Source of the DNA: the human T2T-CHM13v2.0 reference genome, Homo sapiens
Length of the DNA: 64,000 nt
Assembly (NCBI RefSeq): GCF_009914755.1
Contig: NC_060929.1
Reading direction: 5' to 3' (one strand)
In this document: positions 44,561-59,170 of the stretch, piece after piece
Position numbering within the stretch: position 1 is the stretch's first letter
Layout of the letters: every line of letters begins with the position of its first letter
Notes under the pieces: generated by a model
Database searches by the model: none
Told to the model about the DNA's origin: nothing
What the model saw: the letters and a program-made list of their open reading frames with translations, nothing else
Made by a program: the position numbers and the translations under genes

Positions 44561-47445
44561 GTAATAGTTCAGCATGTGTTCTTCAGTGTTGTATAAGGTG
44601 AATTCACATTTCACAGAGCTAATGAGGTAGACTTTTCCTAGTCCTAACTCTATTCCATTAGAAGCCACTTATAGCAAATACTTTGAAATATTGCTTCTTT
44701 TTTTTATACTAACACAATAGGAAAAGTGTAAAGTTTTTTGTTTGAACAAGTGGTTACATTTATTGCCAATTTTTGACAAATTATATGGTTTATTATAGGT
44801 TTACAGGCAGTAGAAAAAAGTTACAATATTAGAGTTCAGCCTACTTCATTTTTAATATACATACTCCATAAAAAAGAAAGAGGAGATTCTAGAAACGAAT
44901 AGAGAATGGAGTTGGAGATGGTGCTGCTGTTGGAGATGATACTGCTGCGGTCTAAAAAAAGGTTGGGATGGCTGGATAGGACAACACATCATAGTATCTT
45001 GTTTACTTGACCATATTCTCAAATCTGGGCTGCAGGCTCCAAAGACTTACTTTTGTTCATGTCTAAGGTTGCTTGGCCCTAAAGGACATCACAGTGACTA
45101 AATGCATGTGAATTTGAGATGGTGGCCAATCCCCATGTATTAATTTACAGTAAGAAATGAAATTGGCACAGAAAAAAAAAACAGGAGACTGCTTGGTAAA
45201 TATGACATTGGAATAAGGGGAGTTAAGTAAAATAAATGTTTAATTGCCTCAGGCTTAAAATTTCATGTTGCATTCACCTTACAACAAGGATAGTCTGACC
45301 CCTAGCAATGGAAACATTTAAAGAGAATTGGCTACAATTTTCAATTCTATCTCTGTATTAGAAATAGCCTTACGAATTGTAATAGAAAAATTGCCAGGTG
45401 CTGGTTAAGCCTCCTTTTCCCATGGACAGTGTTTTTATGGATTGCCAGCATTTGTCTCTGTGATTCTATTTTTTTCTTTGCTTCTCGGTTCTGGTTGACA
45501 TATTTCCTATGCCATGACAGTAGTTATACTCTGGTCAGATGTTACTGGCCCTGCAGCTATTTTTTTGTTTTATCCTTTTCCTATTTCTGCTCTGGCTTAT
45601 GATGTGTTGATCTTATAGTTTAACATTCAGAGAGGAATCTTATTTCTGGATTTTTCAGGCCCATTTCAGTGTTGTCTCTAAATAACTGGCATTCATTGAG
45701 TAAGTTATCTGTGCCCAATATTACTAGGTTCATTTTATAAGTTACAGAATTAAAATGTCTTAAAATTGCCATTTTATGTATAGAATCCTACTTCCTGATG
45801 ACTTAAATTGCAAAGAGTGTATGTATGTATTTATGGTTAAATGGACCTCCCACTCCTCACCCCAAACTTCACAATATCACTTTTAGTAACATAGTGGAAA
45901 TGAATAAGAAAATTGCAGCATGTTCATACCTGTTAAACATCATTCATTAAAATGAATGAAAAAAAAAACTTAAGAATGAACTGGAGCTGTATGTTTTAAC
46001 ATGGATAAATCTCAGAAGCAATGATACTGAGCAAAAAAAAAAAAAAAGCAGCTACAGAAGATGTCATACAATATACCATTTACATAAAGTTTGAAAGCAA
46101 GGAAAGTATAAAGGGCTTTCAAGTAAAGATAGTGGGTCAAACATGTAAGTTCACTCTCAAGTCTAATGAAAATGATAGTGAAGGAATTTATTTTAAAAGA
46201 CATAAACCCACAAGGTCATAGAAACGTGAGTATGCAAACCATCAATAAAGTTTTGGAGGCAGGAAAGCAGATGGACAAGAGGTAATGGATTTAGTGAAAC
46301 TGAGAAGAATGAATCCTAATCTGGCAAGGGAGAAATCTGAGAAGTAATCCAATTTAAACCATAGAACCACAGAATGCTCAGTAACTGGCAGTGCCAGAAA
46401 ACTCTGAAAGTGGAGTTTAAGCTCGCACTAAAAACAATGACCTAGTTAAAAATCCGTTTAAGAAGCAATTAGATGCTAACCAATAAATATAGAAGAAATA
46501 ACAGAGTTGGAAAATCACCACTATTCAAGTGATAATTGGGAAAAAATTACCAGCAGATACTAAAATAATTGAGTCAAACTCTGTTGGGGAGCAGGCTGTT
46601 TACATGGTCTAAAGGCATTTCCCTACAGATTACTTATCAATTACAAAAGGGGAAAAGGGACCTTTCTAGTAGACAAATCTGACAGATACCACCTTAACTA
46701 GATGGTCAGAAGTTGTACTAAGTAGGGCAGATTTATATTATATGTGCTTCTTTCTATGATGCACTGAGGATTAAACATTATTCACATAGTATTCTTTTTT
46801 TAATTTTTGATTTTGTGGGTACTTAGTAGGTGTATATACTTAGAAGGTTCTTGAGATATTTTGATACGTGCATACAATGCGTAATAATCACATCAAGGTA
46901 AATGGGGTATTTATCACCTCAAGCATTTATCCTTTCCTTGTATTACAAACAATCTTAATTATACTCTTTTAGTTATTTGAAATATACAATAAATTATTGA
47001 CTGTAGTCACTCTGTTGTACTATCAAATACTAGATTTTATTCATTCTATCTAATTATATTTTTGTGCCCATTAACCATTCCCACCCCCCCTAACACCCAG
47101 ACTACCCTTCCCAGCCTCTGGTAATCATCCTTCTACTCTCTATCTCCATAAGTTCAACTCCCACAAATGAGTGAGAACATGTGAAGGTTATCTTTCTATG
47201 CCTGCCTTATTTCACTTAAAATAATGACCTCCAGTTCTATCCATGTTGTTGCAAATGGCAGGATCTCATTCTTCTTTATGGCTGAATAGCACTTCACTGT
47301 GTGTATATATCACATTTTCTTTATCAGTTGATCTGTTGGTGGACATTTAGGTTGCTTCCAAGTCTTCACTATCCTGAATGGTGCTGCAGTAAACATGGGA
47401 GTACAGGTATCTCTTCGATATTCTGATTTCCTTTCCTTTGGATAA

Positions 47446-47450
<5 letters not shown>

Positions 47451-47490
<40 letters not shown>
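47451..47490. repeat. (CA)20 microsatellite
   Basis: Direct read. Confidence 0.97.
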
Positions 47491-47495
<5 letters not shown>

Positions 47496-48045
47496 GCCTA
47501 GCAGTAGAATTGCTAGATCATATGGTAGTTCCATTTTTAGTTTTTTCAGGAACCTCCAAACTCTTCTCCATGGTGGTTGTACTAATTTACATTCCCACCA
47601 ACAGTGTACAAGGGTTCCCTTTTCTCCACATTTTCACCAGCATTTGTTATTGCCCATCTTTTTGATAGAAGCCATTTTAACTGGGGTGACGTGATATCTC
47701 GTTGTAGTTTTGGTTTGCATTTCTATGATGATCAGTGATGTTGGAGCACTTTTTCATATACCTGTTTGCCATTTGCATGTCTTCTTTTGGGAAATGTCTA
47801 TCCAGATCTTTTGCTCATGTTTTAATCTGTTCATTAGATTTTTCCTATTGAGTTGTTTGAGTTCCTTATATATTCTGATTATTAATCCCTTATCATATGG
47901 GTAGTTTGCAAATATGTTCTCCCATTCTGTGAGTTGTCTCTTCACCTTGTTGATTGTTACTTTTGCTATACAGAAGCTTTTTAACTTGATGTGACCCCAT
48001 TTGTGCGTTTTTGCTTTGATTGCCTATGCTTGTGGGGTATTTCTC

Positions 48046-48907
48046 TTTTTTTAATTATGATTACTATTATTATTATTATTATACTTTAAGTTTTATGGTA
48101 CATGTGCACAATGTGCAGGTTAGTTACATATGTATACACGTGCCATGCTGGTGCGCTGCACCCACTAACTCGTCATCTAGCATTAGGTATATCTCCCAAT
48201 GCTATCCCTCCCCCCTCCCCCCACCCCACAACAGTCCCCAGAGTGTGATGTTGCCCTTCCTGTGTCTATGTGTTCTCATTGTTCAATTCCCACCTATGAG
48301 TGAGAAGATGCGGTGTTTGGTTTTTTGTTCTTGCGATAGTTTACTGAGAATGATGATTTCCAATTTCATCCATGTCCCTACAAAGGACATGAACTCATCA
48401 TTTTTTATGGCTGCATAGTGACATGAACTCATCATTTTTTATGGCTGCATAGTATTCCATGGTGTATATGTGCCACATTTTCTTAATCCAGTCTATCATT
48501 GTTGGACATTTGGGTTGGTTCCAAGTCTTTGCTATTGTGAATAGTGCTGCAATAAACATACGTGTGCATGTGTCTTTATAGCAGCATGATTTATAGTCCT
48601 TTGGGTATATACCCAGTAATGGGATGGCTGGGTCAAATGGTATTTCTAGTTCTAGATCCCTGAGGAATCGCCACACTGACTTCCACAATGGTTGAACTAG
48701 TTTACAGTCCCACCAACAGTGTAAAAGTGTTCCTATTTCTCCACATCCTCTCCAGCACCTGTTGTTTCCTGACTTTTTAATGATTGCCATTGTAACTGGT
48801 GTGAGATGGTATTTCATTGTGGTTTTGATTTGCATTTCTCTGATGGCCAGTGATGGTGAGCATTTTTTCATGAACAGACACTTCTCAAAAGAAGACATTT
48901 ATGCAGC
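48046..48907 (-). mobile_element. Young L1PA2/3-like, 5'-truncated with short 5' inversion
   Basis: Near-consensus 3' UTR (gcgctgcacccactaactcgtcatctagc, non-Ta GAG type), open ORF2 C-terminus; TSD gcttRtggggtatttctc at 48028-48045 and 48906-48923. Confidence 0.93.
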
Positions 48908-49963
48908 TTATGGGGTATTTCTCAAGAAATCTTTGCTCAGTCCAGTGTCCTAGAGAGTTTCCCCAATGTTTTCCTTTAGAAATTTCATAGTTTGAGGTCT
49001 TAAAGTCTTCGATCCATTTTGGTTTGATTGCTGTTTATGGTGAGAGATGGGGGCCTCATTTCATTCTTCCACATATAGATATCCAGTTTTCCCAGCACCA
49101 TTTATTGAAGAGACTGTCCTTTCCCTAATATATGTTCTTGATACCTTTGTTGAAATTGAGTTCACTGTAGATGTGTGGATTTGTTTCTGGATTCTCTAAT
49201 CTATTCCATTGGCCTGTGTGTCTGTTTATATGCCAGTACCATACTGTTTTGGTTACTATCACTGTATAGTGTAATTTATGCCAGGTATTGTGATTCCCCC
49301 AGTTTTGTTCTTTGTGCTCAGGATAGCTTTAGCAATTCTGGGTCTTCTGTGGTTCCATAATAATTTTAGAATTTTTTTTCTATTTCTGTGAATGTCATTG
49401 GTATTTTGATAGGATTTGCATTGAATCTGTAGATTGCTTTGGGTAATATGGACGTTTTTAACAATATTTATTCTTCCAATTCATGAACATATAATATCCT
49501 TCCCTTTTGCCTGTGTCCTCTTCATTTTCTTGCATCAATGTTTTATAGGTTTCATTGTACAGATCTTTCACTTCTTGGTTAAGTTAAATCCTAGGCATTT
49601 AGTTTTGTTTGTAGCTATTGTAAATGGGATTACTTCCCTGATTTCAGATTGTTTGCTGGTGGCATATAGAAATGCTATTGATTTTGTATGTTGATTTTGT
49701 GTACTGCAACCTTACTGAATTTGTTTATCAGTTCTAACAGTTTTTTGGTGAAGCCTTTAGGTTTTTCCAAATACAAGATTATATTGCCTACAAACAAGGA
49801 TAATTTGACTTCTTCCTTTTCAATTTGGATGACCTTCATTTCTTTCTATTGTCTGATTGCTCTAACTAGGACTTCCAATATTATATTGAATAACAATAGT
49901 AAAAGTGGGAATTCTTGTCATGTTTTAGATCTTAGAAGAAAGGCTTTCACTGTTTCTCTATTC

Positions 49964-50328
49964 AGTATGGTTAGGCTTTGTGTCCCCACCCATATCTCAT
50001 CTTGAATTGTAATCCCCAGGTGTTTAGGAAAAGACCTAGTAGGAAATAATTGGATTATGGGGGTTGTTTTCCCCATGCTGTTCTCATGATAGTGAGTAAA
50101 TTCTCATGAGATCTGATGGTTTTATAAGTGGTAACTTTTCCTGTGCTGACACACACCCTCTCTTGCCTGCCACCATGTAAGACATCCCTCTTTCCCTTCC
50201 ACCATAATTGTAAGTTTCCTGAGGCCTCCCCAGCCGTGCAGAACTGTGAGTCAATTAAACCTCTTCTTTTAATAAATTACCTGGTCTCAAGTATGTCTTT
50301 ATCGCAGTGTGAAAAATGGACTAATACA
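49964..50328 (+). mobile_element. THE1/MST MaLR solo LTR
   Basis: tatggtt..gctttgtgtccccaccc...gtgagtcaattaaacctc...ggactaataca. Confidence 0.9.
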
Positions 50329-51802
50329 AGTATGACACTAGCTGTGGGTCTGTTGTATATGGCTTTTATTGTGTTGAGGTATGTTCCTTCTATACTCAGT
50401 GTGTTAAAGGTTTTTATCATGAAAGGATGTTGAATTTTATCAAATGCTTTTCCAGCATCAATTGAATGATCATAGAGTTTTGTCCATCCTTCTGTTGATA
50501 TGATTTGCATATGTTGAACCATCTTTGCATCCCTAGGATAAATCCTACTTAGTCATGATGAATGATCTTTTTAATATGTTGTTGAATTTGGTTTGCTAGT
50601 ATTTTGTTGAGGATTTTTGCATCAGTGTTCATCAGGGATATTGGCCTATAGTTTTCTTTTCTTCTTCTTCTTCTTCTTTTTTTTTTTAAATGTATCTTTG
50701 TCTGCTTTTGATATCAGACAAAGATTTGGTATATTGACCTACTGGAGTGAGTTTGGAAGTATTCCCTCCTCCATTTTTCGGACTAGTTTGAGGAAGATTA
50801 ATATGAATTCTTCTTAAAACGTTTGGTAAAGTTCAGCAGGGAAGCCATTGGTTCCTGGGCTTTTCTTTGCTGGGAGACTTTATTATGGTTTCAATCTTAT
50901 TCTTATTGGTTTGTTCAGGTTTTGGATTTCTTTATGGTTCAATCTCAGTAGGTTGTATGTGTCTAGGAATTTACCCATTTCTTCTAGGTTTTCCAATGTA
51001 TTGGCTTATAGTTGCTCATAGTAGCCTTCTTATGATCTTTTGAATTTCTGTGTTATTGTAATGTCTCCTTTTTCACGTCTTATTTTTTTGTATTTTGGTC
51101 TTCTGTCTTTTTTCTTAATCTGGCTAAAAGTTTGTTGATTATGTGTATCTTTTAAAAATGACTTTTCTTGTTGTTGGTCTTTTGTATTCTTCATATTGTT
51201 TTCTTCAAATTTCATTTGTTTCTGCTTTGATTTTTATTATTTCTTTTCTTCTACTAATTTTGGGTTTGGTTTCCTTTTGCTTTTGTAATTCTTTAACTTT
51301 CATTGTCAGGTTAGTTGAAGTTTTTCTACTTTTTTGGTGTAGGCTCTTATAGCTATAAATTTTTCTCTTTGTACTGCTTTCTCTGTATCCCATAGGTTTT
51401 GGTATGTTGTGTTTCCATTTTCATTTGTTTCAAGAAATTTTTCAATTTCCCTTTTAAATTCTTCATTGACCCACTGATCTTTCAAGGAGCATATTAATTT
51501 CCATGTGTTTGTATAGTTTCCAAAATTCCTCTAGCTATTGATTTCTAGTTTTATTCCATTGTGGTCAGAGAAGATACTCGAGATAATTTCAACTGTTTTG
51601 AAATTTTTAAGAGCTGTTTTGTGGCCTAACGTATAGTCTGTCCTTGAGAATGATCCATGTGCTTAACGAGAAGCATGTGCATTCTGCAGCTGTTTGATGA
51701 AATATTCTGTAAATATCTATTAGGCCCATTTGGTCTGTAGTGCAGATTAAGTCCAGTGTTTCTTTGTTGATTTTCTGTCTGGATGTTCTTTCCAGTACTT
51801 AA

Positions 51803-52454
<652 letters not shown>

Positions 52455-52577
52455 CTCCAGTTATTTTTGTATTGGGGTCTGTCTCTTTAGCTCTAATAAT
52501 ATTTGCATTATATATGTGAGTGCTCCAGAGTTGGGTGGATATATATTTATAGTTCTTAGATCTTCTTGCTGAATTGA

Positions 52578-52910
<333 letters not shown>

Positions 52911-53833
52911 CTTTATCTCTTTTTATAGTTTTTGTCTTAAAATCTATTTTGTCTGATATAAGTATAGCTACTCCTGCTCTTTTTTGATTTCCATTTGCAT
53001 AAAATATCTTTTTCCATCCTTTTATTTTCAGGCTATATGAGTCTTTATACGTGGTGTGTTTCTTGTAGACAACAGATTGTTGGGTCTTGTTTTTTAATTC
53101 ATCAGCTAATTTGTCTTTTAATAGAGAATTCATGCTATTTACATTTAATGTTTTTATTGATAAGGACTTACTCTTGACATTTTGTTGTTTCATGGTTGTT
53201 TTGTGGGTTTCTCTTCCTTCTTTCCTTTCTTCCTGTCTCCCTTTTAGTGAAGGGGATTTTCTGTGGTGGTTATGTTTTAGTTTATTCTTTTTTTTTTTTT
53301 GTATCTGTTGTATGTTTTTACATTTGAGGTTACCATGGAACTTGCAAATACTGTCTTATAACCCATTACTGTAAACTGCCGACAACTTAACACTGATTGC
53401 ATAAACAAACAGGGGAAGAGAAAACTAATAAAAACTGTACACTTTAACATGTCCCCTCTGTTTCTTAAGTTTTGTTGTTTCAATTTATATCTTACTCTAC
53501 TGTCTTGAAAGATTATTGTAGTTATTATTTTTGATCAGTTCATCTTTTAGTCTTTCTCCTCATCATATGAATAGTTCACAAATATTACAGCAAAATTGGA
53601 GTTTTACAATATTCTATATTATTCTGTTTATTTACTATTACTAGTGAGTTTGTTACCTTCAGATGATTTGTTGTTGCTCATTAACATGCTTTTCTTTCTG
53701 ATTGAAGAACTCCCTTTTACATTTTTTGTAGGAGAGGTCTGGTGTTGAAATTTCTTAGCTTTGTTTATTTTGTAAAGTCTTTATTTCTCCTTCATGTTTG
53801 AAAGCTATTTTCGCTGGGTATTCTATTCTAGGA

Positions 53834-54204
53834 TGATATGGTTTGGCTGTGTCCCCACCCAAATCTCATCTTGCATTGTAGTTCCCATAATCCCCAGGTG
53901 TTGTGGGAGGGACCCAGTGGGAGGTAATTGCATCATAGGGGTGGTTACCTCTGTGCTGATCTCATGATAGTAAGTGAGTTCTCACACAATCTGATGGTTT
54001 TATAAGGGGTTTTCCTCCTTTTGCTTGTCACTTCTTCCTGCCATCATGTGAAGAAGGACATGTTTGCTTCCCCTTCCGGCATGATTGTAAGTTTTCTGAG
54101 GCCTCCCCAGCCATGCTGAACTGTGAGTCAATTAAATCTCTTTCCTTTAGAAATTACCCATTCTCAGGCATGTCTTTATTAGCAACATAAGAACAACTAA
54201 TACA
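53834..54204 (+). mobile_element. THE1C/D-like MaLR solo LTR
   Basis: tgatatggtttggctgtgtccccaccc...ctaataca; TSD tagga at 53829-53833 and 54205-54209. Confidence 0.92.
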
Positions 54205-57200
54205 TAGGATTAAAGTTTTTTTTTTTCCCTTCAGTACATTAAATGTGTCATGCCACTCTCTCCTGGCACATAAGATTTCCACTGAAAAGTCTGCTGCCAA
54301 GTGTATTGGAGCTCCATTGTATGGTATTTCTTCTTGCTACTTTTAGGATCCTTTCTTTATCCTTAACCTTTGGGAGTTTGATTATTAAATGTCTTGAGGT
54401 AATCTTATATTTGGGTTAAATCTGCTTGGTATTCTATAACCTTTTTATACTTGAATATTGATATCTTTCTTTGGGCTTGGGAAGTTCCTTGTTATTTTAC
54501 CTTTGAATAAACTTTCTTCCCCTATCTTTCTACCTCCTATTTGAGACCAGCAACTCTTAGATTTGTCTTTTTGAGGTTATTTTCTAGATCATGTAGGCAT
54601 GGTTCCTTGTTTTTTATTCTTTTTTCTCTTGTCTCCTCTGACTGTATATTTTCAAATACCCTGTCTTTAGGCTCACTAATTCTTTCTTCTGCTTATCATT
54701 TCTGCTGTTAAGAGACTCTGATGCATTCTTCAGTATGTCAATTGCATTTTTCAACTCAGAATTTCTGTTTGATTCTTTTTAATTATTTTAATGTCCTTGT
54801 TAAATTTATCTGATAGAATAGTGAATTCCTCCTCTGTGTTATCTTGAATTTCATTGAGCTTCCTCAAAATAGCTATTTTGAATTCTCTGTCTGAAAGGTC
54901 ACATATCTCTGTCTCTCTAGGATTCTTTACTGGTGCTTTATTTAGTTCCTTTGATGAGGTTTTGTTTTCCTGGATGGTCTTGATGCTTGTGGACATTCAT
55001 CGGGTCTGGGCATTGAAGAATTTGGTATTTATTGTAATCTTCACAGTCTAGGCTTGTTTGCACCTGTCCTTCTTGGGAAGGCTTTCCAAGTATTTGAAAG
55101 CACTTGAATGTTGTAATCTAAGTTTTTAGTCACTGCATCTGTATCTGCATTAGTGGGGACTCAAAGCCCAGTAATGCTCTGGTTCTTGCAGACTTGTAGA
55201 AGTATTGTCTTGGTGGTCTTGGATAAGATTTGGAAGAATTCTCTGGATTACCAGGCAAAGGCTCTTGTTGTCTTCCCTTACTTTCTCTCAAACAGTCTCT
55301 CCCTCCATGTTACCACCAGTGATGTTCACTCAAGGCCCTAGGGCTCCACAGTGAGCAGGTGATGAAGCCGGGCAGGCTTGTATTCTTTTCTTCAGGGAGG
55401 TGAGTTCCTTGGTTCCAGGTGGATCTAGAGATGCCAAGCAGGAGCCAGGGCCTGGAGTCTAGAACCTTAGGAATCTATCTGTTGCTCTGTTCTACTGTGG
55501 CTGAGCTGGCACCGGAGCCAGAAGAGGAAGTTCTTCCCACTCTTCTCTCCCCTTTCCACAAGCTAAGGAGTTCTCCCCATGGCCACCACCACCCCAGGCT
55601 CATGGCGAGTACTGCCAGGCTACTGCTGATGTTTATTTAAGGCCCAAGAGGGTTCTTCCATCAGTTTGTGGTGGATGCTGCCAGGCCTAGGACTCTCCCT
55701 TCAGGGCAGTGGGCTTTCTTCTGGCCCAGGGCAGGTCCAACATTACTTTCCAAGAGCCAAGGCCTAGAATCAAGGACCCCAGGAGACCGCTTGATGCTCT
55801 ACCTGACTGTGGCTGAACTGCTGCCTAAGATGATTTTTGATTCTTATGAAGGTACTTTTTTGGTGTGAATAGTTTTTCAATTTGGTGTTCCTGCAGTGAG
55901 GATGATTAATGGAGGCTTCTATTTGGACCTCTTGCTCCCCTCTCCTCTTATAGTATTCTTGCTAATAATTCATAACCTTAATCTAACCAGAAGGAAAAAA
56001 ACCGGAAAGAAACAACTGGAAATCCTAAATTGGGAGACTCTCATTTCATAAAACACCAGGCTTGTCATGTCAGTGACATGAATGATTAAAAAGGACTGAT
56101 ACATGACAGCTAAATGTAACATGTTATCCTAGATTGGAGAAAAAACTTTGCTGTAAGGAAAAGTATTGAGGTAACTGGTGAAGTTTGAAGAGGAACCTTA
56201 TTAAATAATAGCATTATATCAATTTTAAATCTCCTAGAAAAAAGGAAAAGGATGCTGTTATATTCCCTTTGTGATATCGTACAACGAGACAACTGCCTCT
56301 TCTCTATCCATTTCAAAACTAGAAATTTACTCATGGGAAAGAGAAAATAGTCCAGACTATGTAGCACTGCTTTCCTAATTTGAGAGAAGATATACCATTC
56401 TGAAAAACAGAGGAATTAAATGAACATGTACATACTGAAAATGAGACCTCTAGATCTTTTTCCCTACTGGGTTTTCAAATGAAGACAAACAGGCCTTTAT
56501 GCTCCAGGCAGAGTATTAGAAGATTCGTCTTTGCGGACTCTTACCAACCAAGAAAAAGGACCTGAAACCCTTATTAGGTTATAGTGAAACTGAGCTTGCA
56601 ACAAGCTTCACCTGTGGCATCAAAGTTTCCAGCTAGATTTACCTAGGAACACTAGACATCTGAGAAATGAAAAACAGAGACCCATACAAATAAATAGGGT
56701 AAAACACTTGGATAAAACAGACTACTTAAAAACTTAAAATAACTGCTATCCTCAGCGATTCAAGAAGTTACTACAGTCATGAAATGAGAACTTAATGTTC
56801 CAAAATAAAAGGAATATTTAACAAAAAGGAGTACTTGGAAAAATAAAAATATAATAGAAATGAAATGTTTAACTGAAGGGTTAGAACCTTCTATTCAATT
56901 TCCTGTAACATAGGGCAGAAAGAAACAGAAAATAGAAAAGAAAAATTAGAGGACTAGTAATACTAGAAGCTAGAAGACAGAGAAGTAACGGTGCTTTCAA
57001 CATTCTGACAGTTCTAGTCTAGAATTCTATACCTAGTTTTATGATTTAAGCTTGAATGTAGGCTAAACACATTTTAGACATGCAAAGTCTCATAGAATTA
57101 TCTCCTACAAACCCTTTCTCACAAAGTGACTAAAGGAGTAAACAAAGAAAAAGGGAGGGGTGAGATCCAAGAAATAAAACTGCAGCATTGGCAAAGGGTA

Positions 57201-57764
57201 CTAGAGTATGAAAGGCAACCAGTCCAGGCAGAGTGAATGGAGAGATTTTTTTCCCCAAAAACATGAAATACATAGAGTACCTGATACATCTGAACATACC
57301 AAGTGGGGCTGAATTATCGATAAGTACATGAGAAATAAACAAAATTCATTTATTTGCGGAAAAAACTTGGGAAGGAAAAGGAAAAATAATCATTTTCTAC
57401 TACATAACTCACTTGTTGACAGTGTTTACTCATAATATGTGAATCCACAACTATACTAGGGTATTAGGGAACACAAAGAATAAGGCAAACCCTCATTTTC
57501 AAAAATGAGAAGTTAATATATAGTGCCTAAAACTGAAAAAATAACTAACAGTTTTAAAATATTAGTTAGCTATTATGGAGTGTTTAAGTGCAGAGCCTGC
57601 TTTGTAACTGTCAGACACTTTTAAGGCTCCTTGGTTTGGCCTATACTATGACCATAAACATCAGCTTAAAGAATATAAAGTATTGCTTTTGAGAAGAGGC
57701 AACTATTATTTGTCATAACAAGCCTTTTAGAATGAAATGGCCCTACAATAAAAAGATGTATAAT

Positions 57765-58054
57765 TTTTTTAAGAGACAGGGTCTTGCTCTGTTGCCCAAG
57801 CTGGAGTGCAGTGGCACTGTCATAGCTTACTGCAGTCTTGAACTCCTGGGCTCAAGAGTTCCTCCCACTTCAGCCTCCCAAGTAGCTGGGGCTGCAAGTG
57901 CACACTACCATGCCTGGCTAACTTTTTTTGATTTTGTAGAGATGGGGTTTCACTATGTTGCCTAGGTTTATCTGCAACTGTTAGACTCAAGCGATCTTCC
58001 CACCTCAGCCTCCCATAGTGCTGGGATTATAGGCGTGAGCCACTGTGCCCAGCC
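57765..58054 (-). mobile_element. AluJ
   Basis: gagacagggtcttgctctgttgccc...catagcttactgcagtcttgaactcctgggctcaag. Confidence 0.9.
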
Positions 58055-58124
58055 CAATGCATATGATTGACTTTTTTTTTAAAAAAAAAGAATGTTAAAA
58101 AGCACATATACAATGATATGGATG

Positions 58125-58330
58125 AGCAGTGGCAATTTTTTTCGGCAGGGTATCAGATAGCAAATATTTTAGGGTTTGTGACCCAAATGGTCTCTGTTGA
58201 AACTACTAAGCTCTGCCATTGTAGTATGAAAGCAGTTATAGATGGTATGTAAATAAGTAAGTGTGGCTATATCCAATAAAACGTTATTTACAGAAACAGT
58301 TGGCAGGTGGATCCTAGTTTGTCAATCCTG
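58125..58330 (+). mobile_element. MER58A (hAT-Charlie MITE)
   Basis: ggtctctgttgaaactact..ctctgccattgtagtatgaaagcag...tttgtcaatcctg. Confidence 0.8.
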
Positions 58331-58337
58331 GTAATGA

Positions 58338-59170
58338 TCAATGGTTTTCAAATTGGGATGCCTATACCACTGGATACACAAAGACTTCCTATGGGATATA
58401 CCATTATGAATAGCTTTAAAAAATTAATTTCCTCATTCTCTCTTTCTATATGGAGTCCTTCCTAAAAACTATCTACCTGAGAACTCTTTCTGGTCTGCCA
58501 GTTCTCCTTTCTCACTTCTTTCAAAATCATCTGTCTCCCACTTTTCAGAAGAAAAGCTTACCCCTTTTCCGTACTAAATCTTACTATGGTGTCTTGCCTT
58601 GCAGTTTAAAAATCTCCCGGGCACCACACAAGGAGACAATTGGAGAGTGAATCTCTCTTGAGGGATAGTCCTTTGAGAGCAAAGCAAAGAAAGCATCAAT
58701 AAAAATTAGTGAAGGGGTAATACATTATTTCATGCAGGCAACAAACTCATGGCCAGGCTCCGTGCCTTATATTATAGTTTCTCTGTCTACCTAGCTAGCT
58801 AGCTGTCCATTTATCTATCTTAAAATTAAAATTCACAAGTGAGAAAGTTGTCATGGGGATGAATAATAACACGTTTATTTGAATTTTAAAATTAAGTCAG
58901 ACTTTTTCTGACAGATAGTAAGTCAGATTTGGCTGGTTGAGTTTGACAATGAGGACTAGCCTTGCCAATTAAGTTATATTGTTATATTCTCTGTGTATTG
59001 AATAAGCTGAACTGCAGCTCCAAGGCTTTGACAAAGATATACTTAAAGCATGCATTCAGTATACAATAAGCTAGAAAATGCATCCTTTGTCATTACTTAA
59101 GTGTCAACTGAAATGTGCAAGATGGTGCATAGTTTTTCAAAAGTCTTTGAAGATAAAATGTGCAAAAAAC
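58338..59170 (+). mobile_element. hAT-Charlie transposon remnant with degraded transposase sequence
   Basis: caatggttttcaaa end; ~58945-59030 encodes a broken L-x-Y-x-x-x-F-x-x-LNKLN..QLQG motif typical of Charlie/Buster transposases. Confidence 0.6.

Noticed and set aside
48398-48898. 166-aa ORF with a Cys-rich motif
   Set aside because: C-terminus of L1 ORF2 in a truncated, promoterless copy; its N-terminus comes from the inversion.
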